From assembly GCA_965235115.1 (NCBI GenBank), contig OZ249452.1, forward strand, positions 21,080,001 through 21,144,000: a stretch of DNA of 64,000 bases, written 5' to 3'. This DNA comes from Laetmonice hystrix (Eukaryota). The translations under genes were made by a program, and so were the position numbers. The notes under the pieces were generated by a model. It saw only the letters and a list, made by a program, of their open reading frames with translations. It ran no database searches and was not told where the DNA came from. Of this stretch, positions 1 through 12,700 are shown in pieces; the stretch's first letter is position 1, and each line of letters opens with the position of its first letter.

Positions 1-3000
1 CCAGAGGAATTCTCAGCTTTTGCAGTGTACTTCCCCGCGTCTACAGCTGTGGCTTTTGTGATTATCAGAGTGTACAGATCTTCCTTCATGTCCCAGTCTT
101 CCTGGATCCTTTTGTCCCACTTCTTTGGTTTAATCAGACTCCCATCCTTGGACCATGAGACGTCAGGGTCAGGATCGCCCGCAACCTTACAAGACAGTTT
201 AATGGTGCCGTTAATGTCCACAATAACTGATTCAGGCTGCTGGATAAACTTTGGTGCGCCATCTTCCTCTTCCGATTCATCCTTAGATTCACTAGCAGAG
301 TCCTCTTCGTCTAGAGACACGGTTTTAATCCCTGTTACTGTTTCTTTAATCTCTTCTAGCTGGAAACCTACAGCTTCCTTTTCTGTAGTGGTTGGCTTTT
401 CTTTGGCATCCGATTTCTCACCGACAAGGACTATAACTGAACGCTTTACTGAGCCTTTCTTGTTAACTGCTATCACCTGATAATCTCCCGAATCATCACC
501 AGTGGTATCTTTAATTGTTAATGTGTAGAGGTCTTCAATAATATCCCAATCCAACTTTACTCTTTGGTCCCATTTCTTTGGCCGAATCGGGTTGCTGTCT
601 CTGTACCACGTCACATCGGCTTCAGGGTCTGCTTCCACTTTACACGTCAGTTTGATCGTCTTCCCTACATCTACAGCTACAGGAAGTGGTTCTAGGACAA
701 ACGTGGGAGCCCCCTCTACCATCTTGACTGATTTTACTCCCTTGCTAGTTTCTGCTGCATCTTTTTCCTGATTAGGAATTTCCTCTGATAGTCTAGTGAC
801 CTCAGACTCAAACTGTACTTCTGTTGCTACTTCCTGTTTAGCCTTTAATATAGTACTTTCTGCCTTTCTATCTGCCCCACCCGGTACCTCTTCTACTTCC
901 TCCCTTTCACTTAATTCAGTTTCTGTAATTTTCATTTCAGTTTTCTGATCTTGAGATTCTGAAATGCTTTCTATTCTGCCTTCTTTCTCACTTATCTGAC
1001 TAATTTTAACATCAGCAGGAGAATCTATCGAGGATTTAATTAACTCGTACACCTGGGAAGGTGTGTAGCTACCTACATATGTGGAAACAGTGAAGGTCGC
1101 ACTTCCGTGACAGTTCTTGGCTTTAACTGTGTACTGACCTGCATCTTCCTTCGTTGTTTTCATAATATTCAGAATATACTTCCCATCGTGTTTCATCACC
1201 TTAAGCCGTCTATCCCACTTCTTGGGTTTTAGTTCCACACCCTCTTTGTACCAAGTAACCTCCGGTTCAGGAGAGCCAGAGACTTTACAAGACAATCTTA
1301 TTGCCTTATCATACTCCACCACACAGGGCTCTGGAGGTTGGATAAATGTTGGTGCAGAACCTTTCCCCGCCTCTGTCTCTCCTTCCTTAACACTGGTCAT
1401 AGTGTCATCTTCAGTGGGCTTTTGGTCCTCAGTCGCTACTTTAACTGTTACACTTACTGTATATTTACAGAAACCTTTGTAGTTTTCAGCCTTTGCTGTG
1501 TAGTCTCCCGAATCATCTGGCGTGGCTTTCTGAATGGTCAGGACAAACTGATCGGTCTTCAGGGTTCTCACTCTGTGATCCCATTTGGAGGGTTTTATAG
1601 AACTCTCCCCTTTAAACCAACTGACTTCCTTGGGTTCAGGATCACCTGAAACTTTACAGGTAAGCCTTACGGTTTTACCAGCAGCAACAGTAACTGGGGT
1701 AGGGGGTTCAGTGAAGGTTGGAGCCCCGTCCACCATCTTCGACGGTTTAGGAGCAACTTTTGGTGGCGCCTTAGTCTCTTCGCTTAATGGTGTCTCTTGT
1801 ACTGTGACATCATCACCAGGAACAGGACCTGCTTTCCCACCTTTGGCAACATCTTCGTCATTCGAATCTTCCGAATCAGATGAAGATGACTCAACCGTCT
1901 TGGTCTGCTCTTTTGCAAGAGTCTTGGATAGTGTGGCCTTTGTCATCCGAGTGTCTGCATCGGTCAAAGATTGGGTAGCGTCTGCACTTGGTGATGCTAC
2001 TGCTGCTGGCTTGCCTACAAGCACTTGCACTGTAAAGGACGATGAACCATTACTGTTACTGGCAGTGACTTTATACTCTCCGGCATCGCTGCCTGTGGCT
2101 TCACTGATGATTAGAAGATAAAGATCTGTAACAATGTCCCAGTCTAACTTAATGTGTTTGTCCCACTTCTTAGGTTTTATGAGCTGACCATCTTTGAACC
2201 ATTCAACATCGGGTTCCGGATCGCCTTCAACTTTACACTGGAGTTTTACTATTGCACCAACATCCACCACAGCAGGCTCTGGTCGAACAATAAACCTTGG
2301 AGATGCTTCATCTTCTTCAGATTCACTTGGTGATTCTACGCCCTCTAGTGATACCGTTTTGAAAACTTCCCCGGTTTCTTTAATCTCTTCCAACTGGAAG
2401 GAAACATCCCCTCGAGATGTACCTAAATCTGTGTTTTTGCTCTCAACTGATTCCACAGGCGATTTCTCTTTTGGATGAACGACTGCTGCTCCCTTCTGAG
2501 CAACAGGAAGCTGTGCTGGAGAAGGTGGAGGGGTCGGGGGATGACCACCTACACGGACCTTTACCGTATGGGAGGAGGACCCTTTGGAATTTTCAGCTAC
2601 AGCCTTGTACTGCCCAGAATCATCCTCAGTTGCGTTGTGTATTATGAGACTGTATACGTCGTCTGCGATGTCCCAGTCAATAAGAACTTTTTTATCCCAC
2701 TTCTTTGGCTTAATAGCGTTCCCATCCTTAAACCAAAACACCTCGGCCTCAGGATCTGCTGCAACTTTACATGACAGCTTTACTGTTTCACCAATGTCTA
2801 TGACCTGAGGTACCGGAAGACGTGTGAATTTAGGGAGATCCTCATCCTCATCTTCGGATTCGTCTGATGATTCTGGTCCTTCTACCATCACCGACTTCAA
2901 TACTGCAGCAGCTCCTGAAACTTCTGCTACACTAACCTGACTCTCTTCAGCTTCCTCGTCGACTTGAGGCTCTAGATCTTTATCAAACTCCTTTATTACA

Positions 3001-6000
3001 GTCTTTTTTATTTCATCCACTGACACGATTTCCCTTTCTTCCTCCTCAGGTTCAGAAGCGGACTCGTCTGCTATAACTTGTATGGATGTAACATCTTCCT
3101 TCAGTGTGTCTTTAGCCATTACTGGTAATACTGGGACGTCTTCTATCACAGCTTTTCCTTGCATCATTCCTTCCTTTACTTCTGTTTTTACCACCTCTCC
3201 ATGTACTATTTTCTCCTTTGTTTGTATCACACTTTTCGTGGTCTCAACCACTGTGGGAGCACAGGGTTTTCCCACAATGACTGTAACAGAGAATGATGCT
3301 AACCCATGTTTGTTCTTGGCTTTGACTGTATACTGCCCTGCATCTTTATCAGTGGCCATTTTAATGGTAACACTGTAAATGTCGGTGCTGATGTCCCAGT
3401 CTGTCTGCACTCTCTTGTCCCATCTTGCAGGCTTGATGGCTTTGCTTTCCCTGAACCAAGTTACTTCAGGACTAGGGTCCCCTTCCACTTTACACGTCAG
3501 ACTAATTGTCTCGCCAAGCTCCAAAATAACTGGCTCTGGGGGTGTCGTTATTATTGGTGCTCCATTTAAAGCACCTTCACCTTTGGCAACTTCAACGTCC
3601 TCCATGTCAATGGCACAGGCAGATACTGCCTTGGCTTTTTCTGGTTCTCTAGCAAGATCTTCTACAACAGTAGTTTCAGTTGTCCCTTGAATCACTTCAT
3701 TTTGTTTCGTAACAGTGACTGTCGTGTCTTTTACGAGGATCTTTTCAGTAACTTTTGTTTCCATTTCTCTGATTGCTTCCTTAGACTGTGTAAGTTCAAG
3801 AATTTGGGCTGAAGTATATGTTCCAACATACACAGATACAGTGTAGGTTGCGCTACCATGGATATTTCTAGCAGTTACGGAATATTGCCCAGCGTCGTGC
3901 CTGGTGGATTTGAGAATGTTTAGGATGTGCTTATCTTCATGCTCCATCACTTTTATTCTCCGATCCCATTTCTTAGATAGGAGCACAATGTCTCCCTTGT
4001 ACCACGTGACCTCTGGTTCAGGGGACCCTGAGACTTTACAGCATAACCTGATGGCCTTGTCCTCCTCTACCACACATGGTTCAGGAGGGTTGGTAAACAT
4101 AGGAGCACTTCCCTCTCCAACTGGCCGTGAAACATCTTTACTAGCTCCAAGGACCACATCAGCTTCCTCTTTCTCTTCAGGTTTCCGGCTTGTTGTATCC
4201 GCAACCACCACCACCGAGACTGTCTGTTTACAGAAGCCTTTGTAATTTTCAGCCTTTGCCGTGTACTCTCCTGCATCTACAACTGTTGCTTTTTGTATTG
4301 TCAGCACAAACTGCTCTGTTTTCATTATTCTGACCCTTGTATCCCACTTGCTGGGAGTTATTGGTGAATCCCCCTTGAACCAGCACACTTCCTTAGGTTG
4401 TGGATCACCAGAAACTTTACACGCTAGCCGTAATGTTTTGCCTGCCTCTACAGTAACTGACTCAGGAGGAGCCGTAAATAATGGGGCTCCGTCGACATTC
4501 TTCTTGGCAGGTTTTGGGGGGACTTTTGGAGGTACTTTAGCAGTCTCACTTTCAACTTCCTCTGCTGCGTTTGCCTCACTCGCCAGTTCCACTTCAAGCT
4601 TCTTTTCTGCCACTACGGGTTCAGAACCATCTACTTTTGTGTCCTTGACCTCAGATGTTAAATCTTCTGGTTCTACCTGCTCCTTTGCTGTTTTGGAAGG
4701 TTTGGGGGGAACTTTAGGAGGTAGTTTTACAGCTTTACTTTCAACTTCAGTGGTTGATTTTGTGTCAGCTGCCCCTTCCACTTCAACCTCCTCTTTTGTC
4801 TCAACTGTTTCAGAAATTTTCACTTCTCTTTCTTTCATCTCTTTTTGACCTTCTACTTTTTCTTTGACTGTCACCTTAACCTTGAAGGATACTGAACCAT
4901 GAGGATTGCTAGCTGATATCTTATACTTCCCTGCATCAGATTCGGCTGCTTCAATAATTCTCAAAGAATACATGCTGTGCGCTGTATCTCGGTCAACTTT
5001 CATCCTGGGGTCCTTTTTCTTTGGTTTGATTTTGTGGCCATCTTTAGACCAAGTCACCTTGGGTTCAGGGTCACCTGTTATTTTACAGGACAGCTCTATG
5101 ACACTACCAGCATCTACCGCCTGAGGCTCTGGAGGCTTTACTACAGTTGGTGCCGACCCTTCATCTTCCTCCTCAGAAGAAGATTCAGTAGACGACGATG
5201 AAGTACGGTCTGGTGCTTTTTTACCTACAGGAGTGGGTTTAGAAGTAGTCTTTTTGTCAATGGCAGCTGACACTTTTGGCTTTTCTTTTCCCTTAACCGC
5301 ACCAGCAATGGTTGTTTCCTGAATCTCTGTTACTTTCTTGGTCTCAACGACGACCGACGGATGTGGCTTGCCGATAACTACACTCACTGTAAAAGAGGCT
5401 GAACCACGAGAGTTGTCAGCTTTTACAGTGTACTCTCCAGCATCAGTGCTTTCTGAATCTGTAATAACGAGTGTGTATAGGTCGGTAATCACATCCCAAT
5501 CTGTCTTAACCCGTTTATCCCATTTCTTGGGTTTAATTTCCTCATTATCCTTGAACCACCTAACATCTGGATCAGGATCAGCAGACACCTTGCAGCATAA
5601 TTTGATTGTGCTTCCCTTATCAGCTATAACAGGCTCGGGAGGCAGGAGGAATTTAGGTGCTAACCCGCCCTTTGCCTCATGTGAAGCTGAAGCAGTGGGT
5701 GCTGTTTTTGGTCTTGCTGACCGAACTTTTGCTTCCGTTTCCACAGTCTTGTCTGGCACTGTCTGCTTCTTGACCTCCGCCATGTCTTTCTGCTTCGTTT
5801 CCATTGGGGCGGAGACTGAAGGTGTACCCACCACCACAGTGACTGTATATGAAGCCGACCCAACTGAGCTGGTTGCCTTCACTGTATACTCCCCTGAGTC
5901 GGTGTTTGTGGAGTCTGTTATCACCAAGCTGTAAACATCACTGCTGATGTCCCAGTTGGTGGTTATCCTCTTTTCCCATCTCTTTGGCCTCACTTCCTCT

Positions 6001-9000
6001 CCCTCCTTGTACCAAAGAACATCAGGTTCAGGATCTCCACTCACCTTACACTGAAGCGTCACTGTTTCTCCAACCTTAACAACCGTAGCTTCAGGAGGTT
6101 GGATGATTTCTGGGGAACCTTCTACTTTGCATTCAGCTTTAATTTTGTGGACCTTGCGAGAAATGTCAGCCTCCTCTTCCCTCCTGATTTTAGTTTTGGT
6201 TTCCAATTTGGAGCTCTCAGATGTTGCAACTTTGGTTTCTTGAACAGATCTTTGAACTGTCTTCTCCTCACTGCTTTCAACTTGAGTCAGCTCAAGAATC
6301 TCAGTTGCTGTGTAATCACCAACATAAACAGAAACTGTACACTGACAGCTACCGAGGCTGTTACTGGCGTTGACAGTGTACTCCCCAGCATCTTCCAGGG
6401 TAGTCTTAAGGATGTTCAGAATGTTTTTCCCGTTCTGTTTCATAACCTTGACTCTTCGATCCCATTTCTTGGGTTTTATCAGATCACTGCCTTTCGACCA
6501 AGTAATGTCAGGTTCAGGGATTCCAGACACTCTGCAGGTGAGACGGATTGCTTTACCCTCTGCAACCACAGTGGGTTCTGGTGGTTGCAAGAACTCAGGC
6601 GCAGTCCGTGCCTCCTCTGCTAATGTCTGTGAAGATTCTGATCCCACTGTTCCTGCAGCCTGAGCATGAGCACTGGCCTCTGGCTTATCCTCTATGACTG
6701 TGACACTGACAGTACATTGGCAAGATCCTTTGGGGTTCTCAGCCTTTGCTGTGTAATCGCCAGCATCATCAGGGGTTGCCTTCAGGACTGTCAGGACAAA
6801 ATGATCCGTTTTTACCATTCTGATTCTGCGGTCAACGTTTGAAGGCGTAAGTTTAGTGTCCCCCTTGAACCAAAGTACCTCTCTCGGTTCTGGGTTGCCT
6901 GACACTAAACAGGAAAGCCTAATTGTTTTCCCAACCTTGACTGTGATTGGTTCTGGGGGAACTGTGAAGACTGGGGCACCTTCGACGGATGCTTCACCAC
7001 CTGGATTCCCACTTGAACTTCCACCTGGATTTCCACCTGAACCCCCCTCAGCACCTCCACTTGCGCCACCTGTACTTCCACCTGAACTATGACCCGGATT
7101 TCCCCCTGGAGTGTGACTAGAGCCGTGGCCTCCAGAGATGCCGCCTGGCTTACCACCAGGATTCTGTCCTGAAGTGCTACCAGGATCATCCATGACTTTG
7201 TGACAAGAGTTATCAGGATTACGAGGCTTCTTTTGAGGAGTGTAACCAGAATTATGGCCAGGAATGTTTTCACCAGTACTAAAACCTAACCTGTTATAGC
7301 CAAGACGGTCTGGGCGATGCAGATACAGAGCATAATCATCAAGGACACCGTATCGTTTGGACTGGACATAATCTCCATGTCCATCTGGAATAGGTTGGAT
7401 GTAGTCAGAATTGAAACTTTTCATTTTCCTGTCTCGCTCCAAAAATGACAGAAAGTTCTGTTTCAAAGAATCCACTTTATCTTCTGGTTCTTTACCAAGT
7501 AATGCTGCATAGAGATCTTCAAATTCATTGCTGGATTTCTTGTCCTTGTGCCAGAATGGAGTACCTTTAACACCAGTCAATGCAACCCCATCCACAAACA
7601 TAAACATCCCTCTTGCCCCTCTTGATCCTGTCATCTTCCCCCAAAACTTTGACTCATCTAGGTCTCCCATCAACCTGCTTGTCCCAAACATTGCTGATTT
7701 CACCATCTTCCCAACTGTTACAGTCACTGTCAAAGATGCAGATCCAAATTTGTTCCCTGCTTTGACTGTGTACTCTCCACTGTCAGTCTCTGAGGCGTTC
7801 GCTATAGTCAAAGAGTATACATCATCAATGACATCCCAGTCAAGCCTCACCCTCCGGTCCCATCTTCTCGGTTTGATCACCTTGTCATCTTTGTACCAGA
7901 GGACCTCTGGTTCAGGGTCGGCTGAGATTTTACATTGGAGCTGGATGGTTGCCCCAATATCCACGACCTGAGACTCTGGTTCCTTTGTGAACTGCGGGGC
8001 ATTGCTCAAGTCTGGAGCATTAAAAGATTGACAGTCAACATTCTTACCATCAGAGATAGACTTGTGGGTTTCAGTGACTGTGCGGGTGGTCTGAGAAATA
8101 CCTGAGGCTTTCCCAACAATCACAGTGACAGTGAAGGACGCAGAACCACTGCAGTTTTCTGCTGTTACTCTGTACTCCCCAGAATCCCTACTTGTGGCAT
8201 TCAGAATTATGAGACTGTATAGTTCTTTTGTTACGTCCCAGTCAATCTTAGTCTTGCGGTCCCACTTCTTTGGCTTAATTTCTTCTCCATCTTTATACCA
8301 TGTTATCTCTGGGTCGGGATCAGCTGAAACTTTACAATTCAGTTCTATTGTTTCCCCTTCATCAACAACCTGAGATTCAGGGTGCTGCGTAAAATGTGGC
8401 GCCCCGTTTTCTTCAATCTCGCCTTCTTCCATAACCTGGACAGATATTTCAAGGTCGTCTTGTGCATCGACCCCCTTGATCTGTTCATAGATAGAGCTTG
8501 ATTCTCGGCCCCCGTCAGCCAAGCATGCATCCTCCTTTACGACATCACTTGGAACCGCAACAATTTCTAGTGAAGCCTTCCCCACATTTACCAAAACTGT
8601 AACCTCAGTTGACCCACATGTGTTACTAGCCCTAACCATATATTCCCCTCCATCGTCCTCAGTTACAGTCCCTATGGTCAAACTGTATATGTCGTGCGTG
8701 ATGTCCCAGTCAACTTTGATCCTTGTATTCCACTTGGAAGACTTCAACCTCTTGTTGTCCTTGAACCATTGCACCTCAGGGTCGGGTTCGCCTGTTACCT
8801 TACAGAAGAGTCGGATTGTATCTCCCACCTCTACGGCCAAAGGTTCTGGAACCTGGAGGAACACTGGCGCGCCACTGTCTTCCTCTTCTGATGTTTCCGG
8901 GCTGTCCTTAGCCTTCTCCATCCCGATCTTCCTGGACTCTCCCACCGTTACCTCCTGGTACTGCTGGGTTGCTGAACCTGACGGCTTGCCCACAGCTACC

Positions 9001-9712
9001 GTTACTGTGAAAGAAGCTGACCCCTTGGAGTTCTCAGCCTTCACAGAGTACTCTCCAGAATCTGACCCAGTCGATTTGTTAATGATCAACAAATGAGTAT
9101 TACTTTTAGTATCAGTTTCTATTTGGACTCTACGGTCCCATTTCTTCGGCCTGACCTCTGTACCATCCCTGTACCATGTGACCCGTGGCGATGGATTAGC
9201 AGCTACTTTACAAGAAAGCTTTACAGGTTGACCAACATCAACAACTACGGGTTCGGGGGACTGTATAAACACAGGGGCACCAGGAACCTCCCCCCTAACA
9301 CTGCGGTTCTGATTTTCTATCTCGTGTCTGACCTCAACTCGCACCTCCTCTTTAGATTCATTAACCTTTCCCTCACAAGATAACACCCGTGCTGACTCAT
9401 ACTTTGCCTCATCACCTTTTACACCTAGAGCTGCCTTATCTGCATCTTCAAACCTAGCAGATATTTTCCCGGATGCCTGTGCCATGACTGGATGTAATTT
9501 GCCTACTCTGACAGACACAGCCACATCCACCTCACCATTGGAATTTACGGCCCTGACTTTGTAAGTACCACTGTCTTTTTCAGTGGCGTTCTGTATGGTA
9601 AGAGACTGAAGGTCACGTGCAATATCCCATTCAACCTTGACCCTGCGGTCCCACTTCTTGGGCTTGATGGGAATGTCCTCTTTGTACCAAGTGACCTCAG
9701 GTTCTGGAGTGC
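1..9712 (-). CDS. Exon W33: giant intronless exon (>=9712 nt) with a rear Ig half, 17 complete Ig, 1 partial Ig and a unique insert
   Basis: Acceptor CTACAG. The reading frame is the same at 9710 and at position 5, and the ORF track has no minus-strand ORF terminating in this frame, so it is open to the window edge (hence absent from the track). Confidence 0.92.
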
Positions 9713-12700
9713 CTGTAGTAAACGTTGATCACAACACTCACAAACATGTTTCAACTGTGAACAAAGTATCAGTCACATGTTTCAACTCTAAAACAATATA
9801 CCAGACAGAGAGAGGAAAACACGAGTTTTAACGCAATTAGTGCAAAAGCATTAGGTGTAAGAACTAAATAGCAGCCAAATAAAAGTTTCTCATTTCTTGT
9901 TCGGCTCTTAATTTTCGTTTCTTTTTTAACACATACGAATAATATATAAATTATAAATAATACCTGTGTGAGTAAAGTATTTTTAACTATAACTAAAAAG
10001 GAAAAAATCTAGTGATGTTAACTAGAGAAGGATGAGGTTGGTCATTATGGTAAGTTTGGACTATGATGAAAGGTTTGGGATGGGGTTAGGAAAGGTGGGT
10101 GACAGGTATTAAACCAGAGGTGACGATGGTTTCAATTATTTAAGGAACCACATGTGTTGGTGAAGATTTGGGTGTGTTTGAGATGAGCCAGGTGTACTGA
10201 TGTGGACTTACTTGTGTTGTTTCTCACCAAGGTATACAGAAACAATACGATCAAAGGTCAAAGGTTAAACTCCACATGGACCCAACAACATCAACATGGC
10301 AAACACTGGCAAGCCAGACCAAAAGGGGTGAGATGGCCCAGAAGAAAAGTTATGAATGAGAGAAGCAGTGAAGACATGAAGGTATCCCGGGAATGAAAAG
10401 AAAGGGAATTCTTACTGAAACCTCATGTCTCAGAATTTAATCTTGTCGATTCACTTTTCTTTTTAAAAATATTTTTATTTTGCCATTATGTCACCTTAAA
10501 TTAATGTATAATTTATGGAACACATATTTCCCAAGTAGTCGTATGCCTCCTATCTCTAATGACAACTGAAGTTTTGAGAAATAAAATGGCATAAATGCTG
10601 ATTGTTAAAAGACATTGGCAATTTTTTATAATCAATGATAACTTAGTTACGCGTGGAGTGTATGCCAATATCCCAAAATGCTTTACTCCATATTCATGCA
10701 GTGTCTTTTATTGTTTTACTTAATCTTTCATATTGAATTTCAAAATGAAAGTTAGTGTTTGAGATACTCACAATTCATAAACTTTGACGGAATCAAATCA
10801 AATTTTTAATGTTCACAATACCAGCTCTTATACTTTCATGCTGCATAGTTTGACCTTGATACCACAAACTAATAATAGAATAGCTGTGGCTTGGTTGGCC
10901 ACCATTCTATTATGTAGCACTCAAGTGACTGTGTATAGATCAATATCATTCAATGTGTTGTGGTTTTATGCTTTATAACTGTCTAACCTGTGACTAGGCA
11001 CGAAATGGTGATAGTTTCTCCGGGAGTCACCGCCACATACTCAGGGAATCCAGTCACTTTGGGTTCCAAACCATCTTCTGCCTCACAGTCATCACATTGA
11101 GAGGATGCTCCAACTTCTTCCAAACGGCTTTCTGCAGTGGTTACTAGGGCAACTTCCATTGGCAGGTCAGCATCATTTGTAACTTTGGCAGGTTCGAAAT
11201 TTGTGCTGACGTCAGCAACATCAGCTTTGACGTCATCATCTTCTGTCACAGTGGGAAATTCCACATCTGTGCTGACGTCAGCAACATCAGCCATGACATC
11301 AGCATCTTTTATAACAGAGGGAAACTCCACATCTGTGCTGACGTCAGCAATATCAGCTGTGACGTCATCATCTTCTGTCAGAGTGGGAAACTCCACATCT
11401 GTGCTGACGTCAGCAACACCAGCCATGACATCAGCATCTTTTATAACAGAGGGAAACTCCACAACTGTGCTGACGTCAGCAATGTCTGACGGGACGCCAG
11501 CATCCTTTGTAATATTGGGTGACTCCACAACTGTACTAATCTCAGCAACGTCACCAGTTACGTCAGGATCCATTGTAATAGTAAGGCACTCTGTATCTGT
11601 GCTGACGTCAGCAAGATTAGCCATGACGTCAGTATGCTGTGTAACAGAGGGAGATTCTCTAAAAGAGGGAGATTCTGTAACAGAGGGACATTCTGTATTT
11701 TGGTCAAACTCAACATCAGCTGAGGCATCAGCATCCTTAGTAACCTTGGGAGACTGCATGTCTGTGCTGACGTCAGCACTTTCAGCTATGACGTATCTGC
11801 TGACGTCAGCACTTTCAGCTATGACGTACGTATTCTCTGAACCAGAAGAAGATTTCGCAGCCACATTTACTTCATTATCTGTTACAATAGGAACCTCTCC
11901 ATTAGTGCTGGCGTCAGTGGTTTTACATTGCTCCAGTGGGTTTTGTTCTGTGGATACCGCCTCTGGCGAGGACCTGGTGAGGCTCCTGCTTGGTCGGCCC
12001 TTGTCCTCACCCACACTGACCACTACTGTGGCAATCTCTGAGCCATGCCTGTTACTGGCACTGACCGTGTAGTGACCACTGTCTACAGGCCTTGCGTCCT
12101 TCATTGTGAGGATGTAGAGATCCTCTCTAGGGTTCCAGTCTATCTGTATACGTTTGTCCCATCTTCTTGGTTTCACAGGGACGTCGCCCTTTGACCAGGT
12201 CACCTCAGGTTCAGGGTCACCTTTATGTGTGACGTCAGCAGGTGGAGTAAGCAGCGTAGGAATAAGTGTGCTACGGTTAATTAATGGTTTAATACGATTG
12301 TCTATGTTACTGTTTAGTTGCACTTTAACTTAAACTACTTTTAATAACACATTTACTTAAAAAAAAATAAAATCGATTATTTCAAAAAAGAATGTTTGCA
12401 TGGTAAAACTACATCCAAAAAACCGTTATTTTGATTTATTTTCGGTTCTAATGTATGATTAAACAGAGTGATGTATTAAATGACAATGAAAGATCCGACA
12501 GCTACATACATGAAACGTGTACAGGAAACAAATTAATCATGACGACAAATATGTGGAGTACGTTAGAGAGACATACAGAAAGGGATGATAAAAGAAAATT
12601 TCAAGTCAAGAACATAAAATTGTTCTGTGATAAGACGTGATGAAAGTGGTGAGAGTACAGCGAACAATTCTGACATCTTAAATAAATTTTGAATATAGAG

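Noticed and set aside
7285-7295. CAG|GTTAGG donor-like site inside the unique insert
   Set aside because: Phase 2, incompatible with the phase-1 system, and no partner acceptor is evident.
10205-10230. Strong GTAAGT donor-like sequence in the last intron
   Set aside because: No convincing acceptor or frame-compatible exon upstream.
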